From a virus (lineage: Duplodnaviria; Heunggongvirae; Uroviricota; Caudoviricetes): 64,000 nucleotides of DNA. The stretch lies in the IMG/VR virus record IMGVR_UViG_3300047667_001391, one strand, 5' to 3'. The position numbers and the translations under genes were made by a program. Under the pieces are notes generated by a model. That model was not told the DNA's origin. It saw nothing but the letters and a program-made list of their open reading frames with translations, and made no database searches. This document shows, piece by piece, positions 56,899 through 64,000 of this stretch (positions within the stretch are counted from its first letter, which is position 1; each line of letters starts with the position of its first letter).

Positions 56899-57291
56899 AT
56901 GAATAAAATAGAAAAGGCAACACGAATTAAATTACGTTTCGACACAGCTCGTGGCTTACTTCCAGTAGAAGATTTATTTTCTCTGCCATTAGATAAAGGT
57001 GCGGTATCGCTAGATTCCTTACATTCTAAGATAAAGCAAAGAATAAAATCATCTACTGAAGATAGTTATCTCAAAACACGTTCGAAAGAACAAGATATTG
57101 ATGAATTACGGATAGAAATATTAGAAGATATTATGGATGAGCGCATAGCTGAAGCTAATGCTAAAGTTCAGCAGATTGCAAAAGCTCAACGTCGTAGTTA
57201 TCTAGAATCACTTATCGCAGAAAAGGATGTTGCTGCAGATAAGAATATGACCAAAAAGCAATTATTGGCTGAATTGGACAAAATAACCTAG
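56899..57291 (+). CDS. hypothetical protein
   Basis: The ATG at 56899 has a GAGGAG SD and overlaps the upstream stop. The track's upstream start is less likely. Confidence 0.5.
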   Translation: MNKIEKATRIKLRFDTARGLLPVEDLFSLPLDKGAVSLDSLHSKIKQRIKSSTEDSYLKTRSKEQDIDELRIEILEDIMDERIAEANAKVQQIAKAQRRSYLESLIAEKDVAADKNMTKKQLLAELDKIT

Positions 57292-57312
57292 ATATAAAAT
57301 CTAAATAGACCA

Positions 57313-57340
57313 AAAACCTCGCTAATGTGGGGTTTTTTTG
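57313..57340 (+). terminator. rho-independent terminator (aaaaccucgc uaau guggggu + U7, with G-U wobbles)
   Basis: Hairpin plus T-run. Same architecture as the terminators at 26551 and 59016. Confidence 0.6.
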
Positions 57341-57350
57341 TTTTAGTCTC

Positions 57351-57391
57351 TTTACATATCACATCAGTTAGGTATACTTACCCCACTGAAG
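57351..57391 (+). promoter_or_regulatory. sigma70-like promoter TTTACA-16-TATACT plus the conserved leader TACCCCACTGAAG
   Basis: Member of the conserved promoter/leader family. Confidence 0.6.
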
Positions 57392-57415
57392 AAATACAAC
57401 CAAGAGATTAAAACA

Positions 57416-58210
57416 ATGTCAGATTTAATAAACCTCATAGAAACAATTGCTATTAAGTCAAATGAAAGATTTCATGCCATTCAACTAAGGCTCGACGAAA
57501 AATCAGCTACTGCCAACAATGATATTTATCCGACTGTAGATGCACATGGTCGACGCCATGCACCATGCGATGCGTATATGTGGGATGATGTTATGTATCA
57601 AGGTGGTGCTTATTTACATACACCTTCCGAAGTGCTGGAAATGCTAGCAGAGTCTGGGGTTTTGTTGGGGTCGTTTGATAGCAGTAAATTTATTAAACGC
57701 ACAAAACTAAAGGCCGATTTAGATATATTTAATCAAATCGAAATATTATGTAATACATATAAAATTGACATGGAAGTAAAACATGGTGCTGTGTGGAATG
57801 AAGGCGAATGTTATATTTATATGTCATCAAAAAAATCTAGTCTAATTGAAGCAATAGAGGTATATGCAAAGGAAGCCAAGGAAGCCTATTTTCAGTCTTT
57901 GCGCGTAGGCAAGGGCATTGCTCCGGTAGGTAAGTTATCTATCGATGGCGTAGTCCTCAGCATCAAAGAAGTGGTGTTCACTAGAGAGTTATATAGAGGC
58001 CGAAGCGAAACCACAATCTCATATAAATGCATAATTCAGTTAGAAAATAAATCTACTGTTTATGGTTCAGTGCCTGCAAAGATTGAGCTTGATAATCTTA
58101 TTGGTAAAACTGTTCGTCTTACTGCTAATTTTGAGCATGCACAGGGCGACCAAACGCATAGTTTTTATAAGAGACCATCGAAAGCATCGATAGTTTTGGC
58201 CACAGTATAA
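57416..58210 (+). CDS. hypothetical protein
   Basis: 264-aa ORF whose ATG falls at the conserved leader position. Confidence 0.55.
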   Translation: MSDLINLIETIAIKSNERFHAIQLRLDEKSATANNDIYPTVDAHGRRHAPCDAYMWDDVMYQGGAYLHTPSEVLEMLAESGVLLGSFDSSKFIKRTKLKADLDIFNQIEILCNTYKIDMEVKHGAVWNEGECYIYMSSKKSSLIEAIEVYAKEAKEAYFQSLRVGKGIAPVGKLSIDGVVLSIKEVVFTRELYRGRSETTISYKCIIQLENKSTVYGSVPAKIELDNLIGKTVRLTANFEHAQGDQTHSFYKRPSKASIVLATV

Positions 58211-58224
58211 GGATTAGAATAAAA

Positions 58225-59019
58225 ATGAATAATAAAATGAAGAAAGAAATAGAAGCTGGCGATATAGTCGTCGTTATTATGACCAACACACAACTGAAGG
58301 GAATTGGGTTAGATTTCACAACTAATATGGGGCAAGAATTCAAAGTCTTAGCTATATCAGCTGATAAGCAAAAATTACAGATTTATTGGGGCTGGATTAC
58401 AATTAAAGCATTTCGGTTAGTGAACCCAAACAAGTGGTCAATCTTTAATAATAAAATTAAATGGTGTGAGTTGGATGATGACCAGAAAAAGAGCTTGCTG
58501 CTTGCTGGGTATAATGGGCATAAATTTAAGTTAGATAATTCTAATCATAATTTATTTTTTACACCAAAATTTGATAGCCCAGAAGCAGTATATACTGTGG
58601 TTATTACAGATTCAGATAAAATATATAATGTAATTAAGCCAGATAAGGATTTATTAAAAGAACAAAGAGATGCTAATCATATATTATTAAGTGATATAGA
58701 ACACTATAAATCTGTGTGTGCGTCCAAGGACAAAGACATTAACACCCTTTATAATAAACTTTTAGCTGAAGAGAAGGAGAACTTAAAATTAAGAAAAACA
58801 GCCCAACCAAAACACTTAATATCTAAAGGTAAAAACAATAGCCATGCTGACAGTACAGCGCGAGACCTGATTAATCGTAATTCGGAACTGGAGCGGGTAC
58901 TTAAGCTTGTGCATTATGATTTACTTCTTCGCGCAGAGGAGGACTCAGATGGCGTTAAGGTGGTAGATGTGGGTTCATCGGTATGGGCTTCATTAAAGGG
59001 TGCCATTGGTCTAGCTTAA
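58225..59019 (+). CDS. hypothetical protein (C-terminal coiled coil)
   Basis: 264-aa ORF. Confidence 0.55.
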   Translation: MNNKMKKEIEAGDIVVVIMTNTQLKGIGLDFTTNMGQEFKVLAISADKQKLQIYWGWITIKAFRLVNPNKWSIFNNKIKWCELDDDQKKSLLLAGYNGHKFKLDNSNHNLFFTPKFDSPEAVYTVVITDSDKIYNVIKPDKDLLKEQRDANHILLSDIEHYKSVCASKDKDINTLYNKLLAEEKENLKLRKTAQPKHLISKGKNNSHADSTARDLINRNSELERVLKLVHYDLLLRAEEDSDGVKVVDVGSSVWASLKGAIGLA

Positions 59020-59040
59020 TTATTAAAAAACCCACCTATG
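59016..59040 (+). terminator. rho-independent terminator (aaaaacccac ctat gtgggtttttt)
   Basis: Hairpin plus T-run. Confidence 0.75.
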
Positions 59041-59055
59041 TGGGTTTTTTAATGC

Positions 59056-59096
59056 TTTACAATCCAATTTAGATAGGTATACTTACCTCACTAAAG
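59056..59096 (+). promoter_or_regulatory. sigma70-like promoter TTTACA-16-TATACT plus the leader TACCTCACTAAAG
   Basis: Near-identical to the 57351 promoter. Confidence 0.6.
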
Positions 59097-59120
59097 AAAA
59101 TCAACCAAGAGATTAAGCAA

Positions 59121-59471
59121 ATGGACAATAAAACAGTCGAATCTACCCTAAGTCATTCTATGCAGGCATGTGAATTACCAGAAAATGTATTTGTTTATAA
59201 CGCAGAAGAAGTAGAAGCGTTACTCGAAGAAAAAGATAATCTAATTGCAGCACAGCAACAAAATATTGTTGAGTTAGAAAAACAAATCGCTTATTATGTT
59301 ACTAACTCTGGGATAAATCGTGGAGTTATTCTTGATTTAAAAACAGAAAATAATATTTTACAAAATGAAGCAAAAACAAGACAGGAACAGTACGAGGAAG
59401 TGAGGAAGGCTGCACTTGTATGGAGAGGTGCGGCGGCTATAGCGGATAGGGATGGATGCCCGCACGTCTAA
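59121..59471 (+). CDS. hypothetical coiled-coil protein
   Basis: 116-aa ORF at the conserved leader position. Confidence 0.5.
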   Translation: MDNKTVESTLSHSMQACELPENVFVYNAEEVEALLEEKDNLIAAQQQNIVELEKQIAYYVTNSGINRGVILDLKTENNILQNEAKTRQEQYEEVRKAALVWRGAAAIADRDGCPHV

Positions 59472-59563
59472 TGAAATGAAATCCGAAATAGTGTTGACTA
59501 TACGCGACTGCACTGGTATTATCGGTAATACAGTCACAAAACAAAGCAGAAGGCGAAACACCC

Positions 59564-59773
59564 ATGGTCATATCATTAAAGATATTTCTCGCTCAAGTCA
59601 ACCTAAGTAAGAACTTTGTTACCTTAACAGAGGGTGTAAATAACGGGTTCATAATTTATCGAATTAAAAATCGAGAATTAGAATTAAATGCTCAAGTTGA
59701 CACCAAAGAATTTGAGTGGGTGTCACAAGAAGTAGCTGCCGATGGTACATTATCATATACTGGCAGTAAGTAA
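59564..59773 (+). CDS. hypothetical protein
   Basis: 69-aa ORF. Confidence 0.4.
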   Translation: MVISLKIFLAQVNLSKNFVTLTEGVNNGFIIYRIKNRELELNAQVDTKEFEWVSQEVAADGTLSYTGSK

Positions 59774-59798
59774 TTTTTAATAACTGGAGATAATAGTA

Positions 59799-60671
59799 AT
59801 GTTTAACGATATTAGGGTAATATTAAATAATAATGTGGGTATGAGTGTTATAGTCAGTCAGTTTAATGATGGGTCGGTTAATGTATGCCTACCACCTGAT
59901 GTACGCTGTCCGATTAGTGTGGGTTCGATTGTAGTGCGTGCTAAATTGACAAGTTCTGTTAGTTTAGTTGCATTGTTACTGACGGTTGATGCGTGTCGTC
60001 GGAAATTCCCAGATTTACAATTCATCTCTTTGGTTGCTCATTATATGCCATACGCAAGACAAGACCGTGTGTGTAATATGGGTGAGTCACTTTCGTCGAA
60101 AGTTATGGCTGGCCTTATTAATGGTTGTGGTTTTAGTAGTGTGACTATCGCAGACCCACACAGTGATGTGATGGTGGCGTTGATAGATAATTGTAAAGTT
60201 ATTAGTGCAGAAAGTATCATTGCTTCTAATGAAGTTCTATCTAATAGAATTATGGGTGGATTTTATACACTAGTTGCGCCGGATGCTGGCTCAAGAAAGA
60301 AAGTAGAAAAAATCGCAACACGTTTTGGACTCGATGGATTTGTGCAGGGGTCAAAACATAGAAACTTAAAGACTGGGGAATTGTCAGAAATAACATTTAG
60401 TGGTGATGTCCAAGATAAACATTGCCTTATCATAGATGATATATGCGATGGTGGTGGGACATTCGTTGGTCTAGCAGAAATAATGAAGGAAGCTGGGGCA
60501 CTTAGTGTAGATTTGTATGTGACACACGGGTTCTTTTCTCGTGGCACCGATACAGTAAATGGCGAAAATAAGGCAATAAACCAAATATTCACAACAGACT
60601 CAATTAGCAGAGACCAAGGCACACGTAAGTCTCTTAATATAATCGAAATAGGAAATAATAATTATGAGTAA
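59799..60671 (+). CDS. ribose-phosphate pyrophosphokinase (Prs)-family enzyme; candidate ADP-ribose pyrophosphokinase (Adps-like)
   Basis: FNDGSVNV, the YMPYARQDR flexible-loop region and a PRPP-binding CLIIDDICDGGGT motif, all co-linear with bacterial Prs. Confidence 0.8.
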   Translation: MFNDIRVILNNNVGMSVIVSQFNDGSVNVCLPPDVRCPISVGSIVVRAKLTSSVSLVALLLTVDACRRKFPDLQFISLVAHYMPYARQDRVCNMGESLSSKVMAGLINGCGFSSVTIADPHSDVMVALIDNCKVISAESIIASNEVLSNRIMGGFYTLVAPDAGSRKKVEKIATRFGLDGFVQGSKHRNLKTGELSEITFSGDVQDKHCLIIDDICDGGGTFVGLAEIMKEAGALSVDLYVTHGFFSRGTDTVNGENKAINQIFTTDSISRDQGTRKSLNIIEIGNNNYE

Positions 60672-62241
60672 CGTCGTACCAGCAACATTAGCAAAAGATG
60701 CATACAAGGCATTTCACCCATTAGCATATCACCCTGATGTCTCAGAAGTTTATGCAAATTACATAAATCGCTCTGGTCGTTTAAGTAATATACCAACTAA
60801 GATAAATCTTGGTGGTGTAGTTAATATTGGCGCACAAAGATTCTGTATGGATTTCTTAATTGGCGAGTTTAATGATACTTTCTTCAACCTAGATGAAGAT
60901 GTGGCCATTGAGCAGCATGCTCGTGTATTTAGAGCTATGTTAGGGCGAGCATTTAGCGACGAAAGACTACGTAAACTACATAAGTTGGGTTATCTTCCTC
61001 TTCGCCTTAAAACACTACCAGAAGGCACAATAACTCCGTATGGTGTTGCTAACATTACTGTGCGATCAACCAAATCTGATTTTCAGTGGTTAACAAACTC
61101 AATTGAAACTGTATTGAGCTGTGAAGTTTCTGGTATATCTACTTCATGCACCACAGCCACTGCATACCTAAAAACTTTTATTAAATATGCTCGACTCACT
61201 GGATTAGATGAAGAATTCTGTCAATTTCAGGGGCATGATTTTTCAATGCGCGGTATGATTTTTGGTCGACATGGCGCATACCTTTCTGGTTTAGGGCATC
61301 TTGCATCTGGCTTAGTTGGTACCGATACCATGGGTTCAGTTTTATTAGCCGAGAAATTCTATGGCGCAAACCTAGAAACTGAGTTAGTTGGTGTATCAGT
61401 TGATGCAACAGAACATAGTGTAACTTGTTCTTGGATCGAAGAAGGCGAAGAAGAGTTCTGTAAATATTTAATGAGTAAAGCTTCACCTTCCGGTATTCTT
61501 TCGGTAGTTGCTGACACTTGGGACTTTGAGAATTTTGTGTGCAATATTGTACCTAAATTAAAAGAAGCAATTATGGCACGTGATGGGTCGTTTATAATCC
61601 GCCCCGACTCTGGTTGTCCGGTCAAGGTATTAACTGGTTATACTAGCGAAGAAGTGAGCATGGATTATCGCGGTAAATTCTACCCACTTGATGATGATGG
61701 CGAAGTAGATTATTATTCTAAAGCCCTAACACAATTTGAAATTGATGGCCTCATTGAAACATTATGGAATCAATTTGGTGGCACACTAACTGATAAAGGT
61801 TATAAGCTTTTAGATGAGCATATTGGTGCAATTTATGGGGACTCAATTACATTAGAACGTCAAGAGCTAATCTTACAGCGTTTAATGGATAAGGGGTTCG
61901 CTTCTAAGGTTGTCCTTGGTATTGGTAGTTACACGTATCAACACGTGACACGCGACACACATGGCTCTGCAGTAAAAGCTACTAGTATGATTAAAGATGG
62001 CCGTCGCGTTGCTATATTTAAAGACCCTAAAGGTGATAGCAGTAAGAAATCCGCGAAAGGTTTGTTGTATGTTGGTCGCGATGAGAATGGTGTAATACAC
62101 CAATTTGATGATGTATCTGAGGAACACGAAAGAGAAGGTTTATTGGAAACTATATTTTTGGATGGTAAAATGGTTAAAACCACTACACTAAAAGAAATTC
62201 GTGCTCTAATTATGTCACAGCTCCAAACTCAACTTAAATAA
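60664..62241 (+). CDS. nicotinamide phosphoribosyltransferase (NAMPT/NadV)-family enzyme; candidate Namat-like
   Basis: DAYKAFHPLAYHPDVSEVYANY, GHDFSMRG, IIRPDSGCP and GIGSY are co-linear with the NAMPT motifs DSYK, GYRG, RPDSG and GSGGG. It overlaps the Prs-like gene by 8 nt. Confidence 0.8.
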   Translation: MSNVVPATLAKDAYKAFHPLAYHPDVSEVYANYINRSGRLSNIPTKINLGGVVNIGAQRFCMDFLIGEFNDTFFNLDEDVAIEQHARVFRAMLGRAFSDERLRKLHKLGYLPLRLKTLPEGTITPYGVANITVRSTKSDFQWLTNSIETVLSCEVSGISTSCTTATAYLKTFIKYARLTGLDEEFCQFQGHDFSMRGMIFGRHGAYLSGLGHLASGLVGTDTMGSVLLAEKFYGANLETELVGVSVDATEHSVTCSWIEEGEEEFCKYLMSKASPSGILSVVADTWDFENFVCNIVPKLKEAIMARDGSFIIRPDSGCPVKVLTGYTSEEVSMDYRGKFYPLDDDGEVDYYSKALTQFEIDGLIETLWNQFGGTLTDKGYKLLDEHIGAIYGDSITLERQELILQRLMDKGFASKVVLGIGSYTYQHVTRDTHGSAVKATSMIKDGRRVAIFKDPKGDSSKKSAKGLLYVGRDENGVIHQFDDVSEEHEREGLLETIFLDGKMVKTTTLKEIRALIMSQLQTQLK

Positions 62242-62251
62242 TAAATAAGGC

Positions 62252-62292
62252 TTTACATTTTGTTTCAGTTAGGTACAATTACCTTTCTGAAA
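62252..62292 (+). promoter_or_regulatory. sigma70-like promoter TTTACA-16-TACAAT plus the leader TACCTTTCTGAAA
   Basis: Member of the conserved promoter/leader family. Confidence 0.55.
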
Positions 62293-62317
62293 CAAAACAA
62301 CCCCAAGTGAGATTAGA

Positions 62318-62446
62318 ATGAAAAATAAATACAGATTTGAAAGTGGCTCGGTTTATGAATTCGATGAAGAAAGTAATGCTTACATTTTCATCGGTAAGCT
62401 CAATGGTCGCACAAAGAAACAATTTCTTGCTGACTGGTCTTACTAG
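62318..62446 (+). CDS. small hypothetical protein (42 aa)
   Basis: ATG exactly at the conserved leader position (gagattagaATG). Below the track threshold. Confidence 0.3.
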   Translation: MKNKYRFESGSVYEFDEESNAYIFIGKLNGRTKKQFLADWSY

Positions 62447-62459
62447 GGGGAATAACATC

Positions 62460-62990
62460 ATGAAAAACTTTTATATTATAGGTATGCCACGATGTAGGTC
62501 ATTGTGGTTTGCTCATCTACTCACAGTCAACAAAGTACATTGCTTTCATGAAAGGCTAAGTAAACGTAGGCTATGGCCAAATCCAACGCTCCCTAAGAGC
62601 ATGCACTACAAATGTGATGTAATTGGGTCAGCTGATACATATCCGAGCGGATTTGACGCAGAATTAGTAGGTAACGCACCTGTTGTTGTCATAACAAGAC
62701 CACTAAATGATGTTTTAATGTCACTCTCTAAAAATTTTGAGCTACCCGCATCACACAAATCTTATAGTTACATTAAGAGCGAGTATGCTGTTTTAAATTC
62801 AATTAAGACTGATAATATGATGACTGTCGATTTCTCTGAACTAAACTGTGTGTATAAAATTAGAGAAATATGTGATTTTATTGGCGTGACTTTATCACTA
62901 AGACATATCAGAAGATACGTGAATAGTAAAATTACCGTGGATAATAAACAGGTGATGATGTCAAACCATGCATTTTTGGATAATTTATAA
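62460..62990 (+). CDS. hypothetical protein (weak sulfotransferase-like N-terminal P-loop GMPRCRSLW)
   Basis: The internal ATG at 62460 follows the small ORF. The track ORF start at 62337 overlaps that small ORF in another frame. Confidence 0.45.
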   Translation: MKNFYIIGMPRCRSLWFAHLLTVNKVHCFHERLSKRRLWPNPTLPKSMHYKCDVIGSADTYPSGFDAELVGNAPVVVITRPLNDVLMSLSKNFELPASHKSYSYIKSEYAVLNSIKTDNMMTVDFSELNCVYKIREICDFIGVTLSLRHIRRYVNSKITVDNKQVMMSNHAFLDNL

Positions 62991-63571
62991 TGAATGACTT
63001 AAAGATTAATTTTGGCCGAGAAGTTGTACCATACGATGATATTAAAACACTAGAAGATGTCGAAGAAGCACTTTTAGTATATACTAGTAGCATGAGCCGA
63101 CACGACCTTATGTATAAAAAAGCTGAACTAAACTCACTGAAGGGTAAGATGGACGGGCACTGCAATGTTACGCAATGCCAAAAGCCTCATGCTATTATGT
63201 GGAATAATGGAACAAATGCTTGGTATTGTAAAAGCTGCGCAGAAGATATTAATAATTCATGCAGGTTCAGTGATTTTTGGCCATTGTGTGTGTCAAAACA
63301 AACTCAACTAGATAAGTTGTCTGAGCGAGATTTACTGTATGTTGGGCACGAAGACCAACTACCACCGTTAAATGATATCAATTTTCATAACCACTCACGT
63401 CATCCCAATAAAGTGCCAAGCTCAAGGAGCTACGATAATTTTTATTACCATAAAATTGGTTTTGAGAAAGCTAAAGTGCCATACAAAAGAGAGTTGGCTA
63501 AAATAGGCCGTAATGCACCATGTCCATGTGGCCGTGGATTAAAATATAAAAAATGTTGTGGGAGAAAATAA
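62990..63571 (+). CDS. SEC-C motif (zinc-binding) domain protein
   Basis: The C-terminal [15 protein letters not shown] is the SecA-C-terminal-type metal-binding motif. Additional Cys/His clusters occur upstream. Confidence 0.55.
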   Translation: MNDLKINFGREVVPYDDIKTLEDVEEALLVYTSSMSRHDLMYKKAELNSLKGKMDGHCNVTQCQKPHAIMWNNGTNAWYCKSCAEDINNSCRFSDFWPLCVSKQTQLDKLSERDLLYVGHEDQLPPLNDINFHNHSRHPNKVPSSRSYDNFYYHKIGFEKAKVPYKRELAKIGRNAPCPCGRGLKYKKCCGRK

Positions 63572-64000
63572 TGTCAGATAACATGTGTACTTTGCTTGAA
63601 ATAAAGAAAACGCATTACGCATTTCATGGTAATAGATTTGATTTAAGATTTAATGGATTCGAAGATAACGTAATGTCGATAGAGAATGCTCATCCTCAAA
63701 TTTTACATTGTGACTTCACTGTTGAGCAACGTCAATCTAAAGCATTTTCTGTAAATGGCCAACAACATTATATTATTTGGTCACCGGAACTAGAAAATGT
63801 GCTTGGTGTTCCACTGTCAATATTTCAAAAATTAAATGATGAGGTTGCAGATTTACAGGATAATGTTTGCAAAAAATCCAAGAAAATCTGTTTTTTATCT
63901 AATAAAATAAGTGACATTAGTGAGAATTATGATGTAGTCGAAAAAGAATTACATAAAACACAGAGTAAACTATTAGATAGCTGTAGAATTTGCGCAGTGT
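63571..64000 (+). CDS. hypothetical protein (3' end beyond the window)
   Basis: Open frame runs to the window edge. The ATG overlaps the upstream stop (TAATG). Confidence 0.5.
   Translation, partial: MSDNMCTLLEIKKTHYAFHGNRFDLRFNGFEDNVMSIENAHPQILHCDFTVEQRQSKAFSVNGQQHYIIWSPELENVLGVPLSIFQKLNDEVADLQDNVCKKSKKICFLSNKISDISENYDVVEKELHKTQSKLLDSCRICAV

Noticed and set aside
57351-62292. Interpreting the conserved TAtACTTACCyCACTGAAG blocks as T7-like phage-RNAP promoters
   Set aside because: Each is preceded at a fixed 16-17 nt by a conserved TTTACA box, and the block divides naturally into a -10 hexamer plus leader. This pattern fits sigma70 rather than a contiguous single-subunit RNAP promoter, though it cannot be excluded without TSS data.

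Overview
This window looks like the left end of a low-GC (~35%) virulent phage genome, covering its early and middle (replication) region. The region has a mixed gene set: a T7-type single-subunit RNA polymerase sits inside a near-complete T4-like DNA replication, recombination and nucleotide-metabolism gene set (UvsX, gp41 helicase, NrdH/NrdA/NrdB, gp46/gp47, gp44/gp62 clamp loader, gp43-type family-B polymerase, gp32, RNase H, gp45 clamp, dNMP kinase, UvsW, UvsY, Dda, dCMP deaminase, ThyA, PIN-PhoH). The first ~420 nt are tandem and iteron-like repeats, which look like a genome terminus, origin or packaging region. A short leftward block (two HNH endonucleases flanking thyA) is followed by a long rightward gene train. 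That train is driven by a family of sigma70-type promoters (TTTACA/TTGACA at -35, 16-17 nt spacer, -10), most of which share a conserved transcribed leader (ACTGAAG ... AACAACCGAGA). Six hairpin plus T-run terminators separate the transcription units. Accessory content worth attention: (1) a protein mimicking the EF-Tu N-terminal G-domain with a destroyed P-loop; (2) a CCA-adding tRNA nucleotidyltransferase, a MazG-like protein and a Pol-beta nucleotidyltransferase in a row; (3) an operon of eight tandem, translationally coupled paralogs with conserved ends and a diversified centre, followed by a 668-aa protein with a possible TerD-like domain; (4) a NADAR (YbiA-like) protein; (5) an overlapping PRPP-synthetase-like and NAMPT-like gene pair that resembles an NAD+-reconstitution (NARP1-type) counter-defence module; (6) several other tandem gene duplications; (7) a GC-rich noncoding island with a nested perfect palindrome. 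No rRNA, tRNA or CRISPR was found. All functional calls rest on motif and order similarity recognised by eye, not on database searches.
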